From the human T2T-CHM13v2.0 reference genome, Homo sapiens, in the NCBI RefSeq assembly GCF_009914755.1, contig NC_060929.1: DNA of 64,000 nucleotides. One strand, given 5' to 3'. Within the stretch, counting starts at the first letter, position 1; every line of letters begins with the position of its first letter. The translations under genes and the position numbers were made by a program. Under the pieces are notes generated by a model. It ran no database searches and was not told the origin of the DNA. It was given only the letters and a program-made list of their open reading frames with translations. Below, in pieces: positions 51,022 to 64,000 of this stretch.

Positions 51022-51981
51022 CTTGCTTTAGGTGTTTATTCTAAGGTATCTTTTTTATATGAAACTTGCCTTATTTTTCTTAGTTACCTTGTTGTTGTCC
51101 ACAGACCCAATCCATACATTTCTTTCCCTGTTAGACAGTAGCTCACACTGATTACCTGACACAATGTTATTAAAGTTGGATGCCTAACGGCCCTGCAGAT
51201 GGTTCCAACCCACTGCAGAGACATTCACCTTCCCTTGCCACTCGAGGGTATGACCAGTCTCACACTGGAGAGCATGCACTGCTGCTGCCTCGATAAAGCC
51301 GGACTCCTGGCCTCACCAGGTGTCACTCAAAGGGCCATTTCGACTGTGCTTCGAAGTCTGTGCTTCTAACTCCTCTGCTTAGCAACGAAGGAGGTGTTTT
51401 GAGGCGATACATATAACATTAACAGGGAACTTCTGATTTATTCACAATTGAGATAGGAAGACAAGATAACTGTGTAAAACTTGTGCACATAAGGAGACAT
51501 GGAGCAATAATACAACTCAGGTGCAACTGTGCAAGAATAATTTTCAATTCTTCCACCCTTCTGCCACTTCAACACATTTGTTCTGGAAAACACTAAAGGT
51601 ACAGACTGCCTAATTCAATAGCTGTTGAATAAAGCAAAAACATTAATCAGTTAAAGAGAATTATCTCCTATGCAGCAGCTCTTGCCCCTCACGACCTGCA
51701 CCACCCTCAACCCCCCAAAAAAACTCGAAACATCTCAACATAAAACACATTTGGGTGGGTAAAAAAAAAAAATACCCAATCCATAGAAGCCTACTGCTTA
51801 GTCAGGACTAAAACAACAGACTTTAATGCTTTAAATGGAATGTTGACCACAATTTCAATAATTGCCACTTAATAATTATCTTGGAGTCCAACAGAACCCT
51901 CCCTGCATGGCAGTCTCTGATGAGTGTTTGCTATTTTATCCCCATTCACACTACAAACCCTTTTTCTAGGTGGTCAGGGGA

Positions 51982-52010
51982 GTGGCTGTGGCTGTGGCTG
52001 TAGCTGTGGC
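51982..52010. repeat. (GTGGCT)n hexamer repeat, ~4.5 copies
   Basis: gtggctgtggctgtggctgtagctgtggc. Confidence 0.8.
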
Positions 52011-52552
52011 AGGAGGTCACGCTCCTCCTGCTCAAAGGGCAGGGGTGACTGTGGACCATCAGGAGAAGAGCAGGCGAGTTCCTGTGTGTGTTGTTCTTGG
52101 AGGCCCTTCTAATGGGAACCGGCTGCGGCAGCTCTTCTATTACGTGTGATCTGTCCTTAGGCGTCATCAGTTTTAACTGTCCTCTTGTGACCTCTTGTAA
52201 ATATAAAAAGGAGATGGCTGGGAAAGACACAATGAATCTCTGAACTGATGCCTATGCAGTCACAAAGGAGAAACACGGCATGCAGTGTCTGCCCTGGAGA
52301 ATCTCTGCTTCAGAAAGCCCGCTTCATTTTAGGTATAAAATGAATTATCCACATTCTGAACAATAGTAGTTGTCAAAAGTTCAGAAAATATAGTTCTAAT
52401 TTTTAAACTCATTTTTAAAGTTTTAATCTCACATGATCAAATGTTTCTTTTGTCTCTTTCTTCCTGACCAAGCATTAAACTAACTGCCACAAAGAGTCCT
52501 AGCTAATCAGTTATAGTTACAGATTGTCCTGTGTGGTCTGCCATGATATTTC

Positions 52553-52907
<355 letters not shown>

Positions 52908-53898
52908 TAAGAATTCTGATACTTCTTGAGCATGTCTTCCTAGGTACCGATCCTTAACCTGAACTGCTGTGAGAACGGTAAACCTATTAAAATGCAATGT
53001 TTGTATGCATCATTTTACAAGCACCTGCACTACTGACACCTGTCTTAGATTATAAATCTCTGAGAGGCAGACACTGTGTCCCCCTATAGTAAGTCTATAT
53101 GTCAGCAAAGTGGCAAATACAAGGGGAGTGATTTGAGGAGATGTGTAAATATCACAGGGCTACAATCCCAACCTGACATCACTGGGTTCAAGTCAAGGAG
53201 GTCTGAGTCACAGAGTTCTAGAACTAGATAACCTTAAACATGATCTTTTATTTTGCCCTTTGCAGCAGATGTTCCTTGGTGAGAGGTCGGGGGGGTTACT
53301 TGAATCCATTCATTTAAGATCAATTTCAGGAAAAAAGGTAAATTAGACATGTATATAACTTTAAGTCTTTCTTTCTTCATTAGCTCCTTTAAAAAATTGG
53401 AGTTAATAATTTTAGGCACCAAAATGTTATTGCTGGTCATTTATGAAATTGTTTTGCAAAGAGTAACTTTTTCCATGCTCTGAAATCAGTGCTACCTTGC
53501 ACTTCCAATAAAGTTTTATTAATTTTTTTTGAAAACTGTTTTTTTAATAAACTTATACATGCCCAGTGTGTTAAACACAGAAAAGTATACAAAGGAAGGA
53601 AAAATCAGCCATATTCATACCACTCAGCAATAACTATCCACTGTGAATAGTTGAGCATATTTTCTTCCAGCATTTTTTTCTACATGTACATTTTTTTTTA
53701 CACTATTGAATGTAGAGTTTGTAAATCTTATAGTGATCTTTGACCAAAAGCCATCAAGTCTAAGACTTTATAAACAGAAGATAAAGCTGTACCTTCCAAA
53801 AGAAAACACCCAATGATTTGGGGATGTCTTTTGGCTTCTGGGTAATTAAAAAATTTCCTACTCATTCTCATCACTTACATTCTGAAGTTATCTATTCA

Positions 53899-54990
<1,092 letters not shown>

Positions 54991-55498
54991 TCAGTCAATC
55001 AATAAGTGTCATAACAGAAAGCTCTGAGTTTTTTCCACCACAGCTTTCTATTTCTTCTTGACATAAACTGTTCATGGGATGAAATGATGCCTTTCTGCAG
55101 GTATGAAATGTAGAAGCAAATATGACCTGAAAATGTTCAATTCTCACCTTTCTGCATTTCCCAGACCTTTCAGGCTAAGGCCAGGGACCACTTGAATGAG
55201 AAGCCTCCAAAGAAAACTCTGGACCCACAGGAAGTGGGGTGATGACTCAATAGGAGGGATCCTTCCTCTGAGTCAGCCCCGTCTCGGTGTGACCCTAGAG
55301 CGTGCACTGGGCTCTCAAAGCCACAACAGAATGAAGATCTGAAACCCAGATTTTGCTCACAAAGGAGCCTACACAGGAAGTTAGTTTCTGGGTGCCAGCT
55401 GAATTCAAGCCACAGACACGGACTCTGTTTGTGTTCCCTGGTGGCACTAGTGCCTGTTTTCCTGACTCTGACTTCCTGGGTCTCGGCACCACAGATAG

Positions 55499-55902
<404 letters not shown>

Positions 55903-57949
55903 TGACTTTTAAAGTAGAATAACAGTGAGCATGTTTGTACATGCCTGCACTGATCACAATTAACTTTCAGTCAGTTCACAATTAACTTTCATTGATTTGG
56001 AGTTTAAAGTACCCAAGTGACATGACTAATTACAGTAACCATGAATTCAGTGCCTGGCCATTTATCCTAGCAATTTCAAGTCTCAGGAATCTCTTGCAGC
56101 ATTAAGAAACCAGAGAGACAACTATATGTTTAACTTCTACCTTCTGTCCCCTGAGAAGCCACTACTCATCTTGCTTCCCTCAGGATGAACTTTCTGTTTC
56201 TATGTTTAAAAGTCTGCAAAATAAATTTAAAAAACAAACAAAAAAAGCAGACTCAGTATGAGATCAAACCTTACGAATCATTGTCAAGGTCATTTTTTAC
56301 CTCTTCTATACCTAGACTACTGGGTGGGATAGTGCATTCATAAAATTCCAGATTCAATGCTCTCATTTCCATCGTGACAAAATGCTACTTTATGAAGAAT
56401 TATGATTTCTACAGGGTGCTGTGGGGTGAAGAAGGAAGGGGGGGAATAAATGGACCATAAAAAGCAAAAGATAAATCATGGTCCTGCAAGTGCAGATCAT
56501 GATCCCTCCAGTAGACTGCACAGCCTCCTCACTAAGTTAACCTCATTGCCCCAAGCAGCATAATGCATTCTGAACACGTTACTTTGGCTGGTAACAAAAC
56601 AGTCACTCGGCTTTCAAGAGTCTCGGCTCTGCCAGTGAAACAAGCTCAGCCGCTTCATATTCCTTCATATTCCTTATTCATACACGATAAAAAGACAGTG
56701 CTGACCAATAACCACAGCACAGCGACAGGGAAGGGGGAAAAGAAGAGAAACCTGTGCGGTCTTAATAGGCACCAGGACTGTTCTCTGACCTCTCCACTGG
56801 CCACTCAGACACACACTTTCCACACGAAGCCTCCATGTGCAACTGTACGACGTCAGTGGGAGGCAGGATTGCTGGTATCAGCTAATAAAAATCCCAGTAT
56901 ACTGTAGGTCCTTTTGAATTGCCTGGTGGGTGCGTACTATTGGAACTAACCACTGAAGAGTATTCTGATTATGGTATACCCTGTCCCCAAGTACAAACAA
57001 CCTTGTGTGATATGAAAATAACAAAAAGAATATTGAAATTCTGATGTTCAATCCACTTGATTTTTAGTTTCCTAACATTTTAACATATTTCAATTTCAGA
57101 TGAAACCTCAAAACATACTTTCCTTGTAGTCTCTAGGGTCTAACTCAAAGAGGAACTTTACTGCTTTCTCTTAAGTTTCTGTTTTCTACTAAAAAAATTT
57201 CTGAGCAGTTAATCCTTTTCCAAGTAAAACAATGAAATTAGCCATGGGGGCAAGGATGTCTCATTTACCTTTTCATAAAGATTCCATGCTTGATATTATC
57301 CACCTTTATTCAGTTCTTCTACTCTTACGCCTTCAAGGTCTGAAGACCACAGGACAAATAAATAACACCACTGTGGCTCATTAGAAGCACCTTTTAGAAG
57401 TCTGAATGTAGAAAATAATCTATCGTCCTACTTCAATTCATGGTACTATCATAGTCCATTCTTCTCTCTCTATTTATTTTCCTTTATAAAATTCTTGCTG
57501 AGCTACTTTCAATCACTGGATCCTGAAGGTAGTTGTTTCTGTATTTATCTTAAAAAAAAAAAAAAAAAAAAGAATAAAAGGATCCTAATAAGTTTGAAAA
57601 ACTACCAAGGGAAAACAGATTTCCCTTTAAGGGTTAATGCTTTCTCAAATTAAAACCAAAACCCCAAACTTATTATTTTTTTTTTTACCAAAATATAAGT
57701 AAATTGAGTAGTCAAGTTTGGAGCAGATGTGTCTGATGGGGACCATGCTCTCAAAACCCCCTTTCTTCTGCCACCTGTTAACGCACTGGCTGCCTCCTTC
57801 ACTGAGCGTTCCCCCTGTGACGAAACAGTCTCTCGTGAGGCTTCCTGATCTGGAAGCAGGTTTTGCATGGGCATTACAGAACACTTCATCCCGTAACTAC
57901 ATATTTTCCAGTTTTAATACCTGTAACAAACAGTTCTAGGGTTTGGGGG

Positions 57950-58232
57950 TGACAAAGACTCTCTTCCTTGAGCAAATCTTAATGGGCCCCTCTGAGCCCT
58001 CTTCCTTGCCCTTGAGCCCTGTCTTCAGCCTGTTTATTTGTAGCAATAATCCTACTAAGTCAGTTTAGCCAGAATCCCTGCACCCCTGATATCTGATCAC
58101 CCTTGATAACTGATCAAGTTCCTTACCTTCCACCCTTGATGTCTATGTCCTTGGCCTGCCTTCAGCAAGAATCCTGTTAATAAAGTCTTCCTTACAGTTT
58201 TAGTAAGTGTCAGAATAATTTTTTTCTTTAAC
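57950..58232 (+). mobile_element. ERV1 LTR (MER31-like, internally deleted)
   Basis: tgacaaagactctc start, aagtcagtttagccagaatccc, aataaagtcttcctt, and ctttaaca end. Confidence 0.7.
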
Positions 58233-58422
58233 ACAGGAAACGATCGAAAGACAATCTTTGTACTCAAGTAACTGACTGTCTATCTAGAAACAGACATTCA
58301 GTAAACCAACATAAATACAAAGCAGCCTCAAATGAGTGCTACCTACAGTAATAAAATAAGCAGAGTACTACATTTTCTTTGTATTCAATGTAATCATCCT
58401 GGTCATATTAACATATGGTTGA

Positions 58423-58683
58423 AGCACTTTGGGAGGTTAAGGTGGGAGGATCACTTGAAGCCAGACATTTGAGACCAGCCTGGGCAACATAGTGAAACCC
58501 TATCTCTACAAAAAATTAAAAAATAAACTGGGCATGGTGGCACATACCTGTAGTCCTAGCTACTCAGGAGGCTAAAGCAGGAGGATCACTTGGGTCCAAG
58601 AGTTCAAGGTTACAGTGAGCTATGATCAGGCCACTGCACCTCAGCCTGGGCAATAGAGAGAAATGGCTATTTAAAAAAAAAAA
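58423..58683 (+). mobile_element. AluJ, 5'-truncated
   Basis: Begins agcactttgggagg; TSD atggttgaa. Confidence 0.9.
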
Positions 58684-59712
58684 GCATGGTTGAATGGGCA
58701 ACCATTATTAGCAGAACCTATTTCTCAATGCAGTAAAGGTTTTGGAATGATACAGGATGGTGTTAAAGACAGGCCCATAGATACTCACAGGGTATCAGCA
58801 AAAGTACTTGCAGATTATTAATGTGAATTGTCATCTGAATGCCACAGAGAAATGTTAAGTTCCAATGGCTCTTAAAGAGTTATTTTGACCAAAGCATAAA
58901 TACAGAAGAGTCACAAAAAAAAAAGGAGGAGAAAAACAAATTAAAATATGCAACAGTGTCCTCAGCTTTGTAGTGTGAAGGTGATCCTGGAAACCCCCAA
59001 TGTGAAGATGATCTGTACTGACGTGTGCCACAGTGACCTTCAATGCCTGGATCCTTACTGTAGCCCCTGCCCACGGCGTCTATCAGAGGCTGAGCTTCAC
59101 TGGGACCTGGCACCTAATCTGTGTCTGCCACAGCCATCAATCCAGCTCCAGCTCTACCTCTCAGCTCTCCGTTGCTTCTTGCCATTGCTCCAGCATCATC
59201 TTCTTAAAACATGGACAAGACCAAGCCACCTCCATCTTCAGAACCCATTAAGGACTCTTACCCCTACAACATGAGGCTAAACTCATGCCACAGATGATCT
59301 GTGCCATATTCTTCCAGCTTCCTCTCCCACCAATGCTCCCACATCCCATGTTCTGGCTTCCCCTGACAACTTGCCAGCCCCCAAGCATCACACCTGCCAC
59401 TTCCCCTCTCCCGGCTCAGACAGATTCCTCAGGCCAGACACTCCTCCCTCCTAATTTCCACCTTATCCCAGTTCTTCTTATTCTTCAAGGTCAAGTTCAG
59501 ATGCTAACATCCTCGAGACAGCGTTCCATCTCACACACCAGAATCAATGATCCCTTTCCCAATGTTTTCATAGACAATTGCTATTCTCTGCATGACATTT
59601 TGACATTTATTTCATTCCCACATAGCTTTGTCGTTAGTTATTTATCTTTGTCTCCTCCACATAAACAACGTGAGGGCAGGAGACTGGTGTGTGTCATCAA
59701 TGTATCAGTTCA

Positions 59713-60050
<338 letters not shown>

Positions 60051-63000
60051 AAAATGTAACTAAATGGACCCGGAGTGGATAAATTAAGTCAGATGCTTTT
60101 TATTTTATTTCTGCAATTCAATAGTCTGTTTCCAGCACTAAGGTGTGTCTTATGGCATTCCTCGACTCAGACTCAAGGACATACCTTGGATCAGTCCATC
60201 TTCTATCTGAGGAGGGCACACTTTCAACCTATAGCACCTCTTGGAGTCAATCTGGCTTTATCTCCCTTCCTCCTCTCTCTAAATAAAAGTTTACTTCTTT
60301 CAAATTTCACGAGTTTGGGAGCAGGGCTGCTAGTTTCAGAAAGCCAATATTTTACTAAACAAGGCCCTTTTACTTTATCCGTACTTCAAAACAGAGTTGG
60401 AATGTTTAACAGAGCGTTTGCCCTTCCAGTCTGAGGAATCCTGAGCCTTGAAGTTGGTTCTCACCCACCAGCATTGTGTCTCTGCGCTTTTGAACATGTC
60501 ACCTGTCCCTCTCTGAAAATTCTGTAATTCTGTAAACTGTGTAGAATATTCTAGGTCTGTGGCTTTCTAGAAAAGTAAGTGAACATTTTGGTTCACTTTC
60601 CATATCCTCCACCTAATAATACCTACTGGGCTGTAGCAGAACCTCTGGGCTGATGTCTTCAAGAGACCACAGGCAAGTCTCCCGATTTTTCTGCATATGA
60701 GGATTTAAAAATTAATGCCCACTGTGTGGCAATGAGAGAGATTTCCCCCCAAAACCCCACTAATTAACAGGTGTCTGGGCTGCAGCTCATCTGTCTGTAT
60801 GCATGTGAGTGTGTATGGATATATACTTGTGTTTGAATAACAAGAACACTGCCACTGCCTTGAAATTGTTCATTCATAGTCATTCTTGTCACCTGCAATT
60901 TTTGCTATTTTACCACTTACTTTCTCCCATCAATCATTCTAAAAATATGGATGATGTGGAGGTCCACCAGGGTTTCCAGGGAACCCCATGGTTTCTACAC
61001 TTCCCCAGTGCTGTGCTAGTTATTTGCTTCTTGTGCCTAAGTCAGTTCTCATGGATGACAAAGTACTCGTTCGCCCCTACTAAGGAGTATTCTTTATGCA
61101 ATAATAACCACTCCCAGGGCACCCCAGACAAATAGAAAAAGGAATGACAATGTATACATACAAAGACAGGGGCCATGAGCCACACAGACACGACCACAAG
61201 TGTCCAGGAGCACAGAGGCATTGGCCAATGTAGAGACTTAATACTGCCAAACACAAGTCAAACACGATCGGGAATTTTGCATGGCAGAGTCTAGTGACTC
61301 TTGAGGCACAGATCGAGGGCGCTGGCTAGTAAGCTAGACCAGGCCAAGGTGGGCAGGTTATTGTTGTGAATGACCAATTCTGAATTCCAGCCCCTATTTT
61401 TCTGTTTGCTCATCCTTGTTTACTAGATTGTCCGATCCTGGTTTCCAGCTAAAGACATTTTTTGGCATATCAGTTTGACTAAGCACTGGGGATAAGCTGA
61501 AAAATAAGTATTCCTGACCCACAAAACATCCCAGTTGCCATTCTAATGGGGAGAGGACATTATGCTAAATTCCTTTCTTTTCCAAACCCAAAAACATTTT
61601 TCTTTAATTTGTTGATCTAAAGAGGTTGAAGGGCAGAGGACAGAAGTCATTGTCTTAGGACAGGACACCTGAGCATCACCTTCAGCGAGTGACCTCTGCA
61701 GGACTCAGTATCCTCACATGCAAAATCAAAGAAGATTGGTTTAGAAGCTTTAAGAAAAGAGAGAGAAGCCACTTCGAATGGGTCTAATTGTAATTTCTTC
61801 TAAACTTCAAATTGTTGTGTGGATGATTTTTTTTTCCTCACAATCCTTTTATTTGAACAACCTGATGTAGCATCAGAGAGTGACTTGGGGTGTCAGAGAG
61901 GAACAGGACCCAGCATGAGAGGAAGGGGATGATTCATTCGAACTTGTCAAACTCAGAAGGGAAAATAAATCATGATCATCTTATAAAAGCGACGTAAAAG
62001 CCTCGGAGATGACTCTTGTTTCTGGCTCTATTCTCTCACAAAAGGTTTTATTTGGGCATCAATATTTTCAGGAGGCCCAAGGGTTTCAGTCGACTTTCTT
62101 GGAATGTTCATGTCAAGTACATCTGACTGTTCTTCAGTAGAGTCTCTGTAACAGGTTGGTCTGGCACCAAGAAAAGCTTCTCAAAAATTCACCCAACCAA
62201 GAGGCAGGACAGTCAACACTGCAAGCCACGAGCTTTGGCCAGGATGAACACGATGGCAAACAAACTCTCCCACGGGGAAAAGAAAAACACTCATTTGGGA
62301 TGTGACCAAAGGAAGGACCAGGGACTGAGAGCTCGAGCTTTTACCTCGTTGCACAGATCTCAGCCTTTTTAGATGGATTGCCGTGAGTTGCTGTTGGATA
62401 CAATTTTTAAATTAAAAAATAACATAATCTGCTTCGATGATCCCATACCATGGTGTTTTCTAAGTTCAAATATTTCACTGAATAAAGTGCTTCAATTCTT
62501 TTAGACATAAGCTCCCATTTTTCTGTTGTTTTTGCCAAATAGACAGATGGAAAGGATGTATTGTGCAAGAGTCTAGGATTGGGCACCACAGGGTAGAAAT
62601 GATGAATCAAAGCTTACTGATTCTGTTTGGCTTTCTGTGGTGCATTTTGGCAGCCCTGTGTGGATGTGTCAGAGGCTGTCTGACCACGCGTGAGGCTCGT
62701 TGATGGTGATAGGTTTCTATGTGTGACGCTAAAACGCCAGGAAAGAAAAGGATAGAAACTGCTAAACATGAGTGGAAATGAGTGAAATGGAAGGATGAAA
62801 ATAAGAAAGGCAAAAAGGGGGTGAAAGAAAAAACAAAAATCCTGGTGAATTTAAGAAGGAATATAGGCATTTCTGAACTACCATGAGATGGATGAGATGG
62901 AGTACAATTGTCATGTTAAATGAATCTTCTCCCAGTCATATACTCTGTGCTCCCCAGAGACCAGCTTTCTCCTTACTCCTCAATCCTCCTACTGTATACA

Positions 63001-63299
63001 GAACTAGTCAAGAAGACAGACTTGACCTGATACAGAGTGACATCTGCCATCACTTCTGATGTTTAGGTTCACAAGTGTGAAGAAGTAAAAGGCTGTGAAT
63101 TTCCCCAGGGTATTCTGTCTAGAGAATGTTCCCTCTGACATGGCTACATAACCTACAGATATAGGCTTCACCTGGAGAGAGGTGTGTCAACCCCCTCTTT
63201 CACTGTAAAGAATAAAGGGTTCACTATAAGAGAGGGTTAACAATTTTAATGTAAAAGCTAATGCAAAAAGGAAAAAGCAAGATTTAAAGTAACCAATGG

Positions 63300-63526
63300 C
63301 CTTGGTCAACACGGTAAAACCCCATCTCTACTAAAAATACAAAAATTATCCAGGCATGATAGTGTGGGCCTGTAGTCCTAGCTACTCAGGAGGCTGAGGC
63401 ATGAGAACTGCTTGAACGGGGGAGGTGGAGATTGCAGTGAGCTGAGATCTCACCACTGCACTCCAGCCTGGGTGACAGTGCAAGACTTTGTCTCAAAAAA
63501 AAAAAAAAAAAAAGGAAAAAAAAAAA
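63300..63526 (+). mobile_element. Alu, 5'-truncated
   Basis: Starts near ggtcaacacggtaaaacccc; A-tail. Confidence 0.9.
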
Positions 63527-63788
63527 CCCAATGGCTAGGAGTATTTGTCACTTATCTCATTAGTCTACCCATACCGGTTATAATTCACCACGCATCCTGA
63601 TGAAACCTTTAGCTCTTTTCTCTCACCTGCCTTATTCCATGTGGAAGCCCAGGATTTGCTCATACTCCATATTTAAGTTTTAAACTCTCCAGCAGGATCA
63701 GTAGGAGGAGAAAGTCCTACCCTCCCTTCTCCTCCTCTCCCTCTTGGTGCTATTCCATCTTTTTTTCTTTTTTTAATAAGGCAGAAGC

Positions 63789-64000
63789 GGCTGGGCACAG
63801 TGGCTCACGCCTGTAATCCCAACACTTTGGGGGGCTGAGGCAGGTATGGATCACCTGAGGTCAGGAGTTCGAGACCAGCCTGGCCAACATGGTGAACCCC
63901 TATCTCTACTAAAAATACAAAAATTATCCAGGCATGGTGGCGGGCACCTGTAGTCTTAGCTACTCGGGAGGCTAAGGCAGGAGAATCGCTTGAACCCCGG
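63789..64000 (+). mobile_element. AluS (runs off the window end)
   Basis: Alu left monomer and part of the right monomer. Confidence 0.93.

Overview
Human genomic DNA (Alu-rich, with a human-specific L1HS). It lies inside the ANKH gene (progressive ankylosis homolog, 5p15), which runs on the minus strand. The window holds coding exons 2, 3 and 4 (14461-14677, 3966-4084, 1345-1428) and about 49 kb of the long intron 1; exon 1 is outside the window. The introns are mostly interspersed repeats: about 27 Alus, L1, L2, MIR, MaLR/ERVL/ERV1 solo LTRs and Tigger-family DNA transposons. Three structures stand out. (1) A near full-length RBBP4 processed pseudogene, sense to ANKH, with three nonsense codons but no frameshift, inserted into the 5' end of a full-length Tigger1. 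(2) A young L1HS pre-Ta 3' fragment inserted into the middle of an Alu with no target-site duplication, creating an in-frame Alu-ORF2p chimeric ORF. (3) A ~170-bp near-perfect palindrome inside an MLT2A (HERV-L) solo LTR. I cannot support a new multi-gene system here; the interesting signals are retrotransposition and rearrangement products inside a known gene. Repeat subfamily names come from recalled consensus sequences, and most repeat boundaries are approximate.
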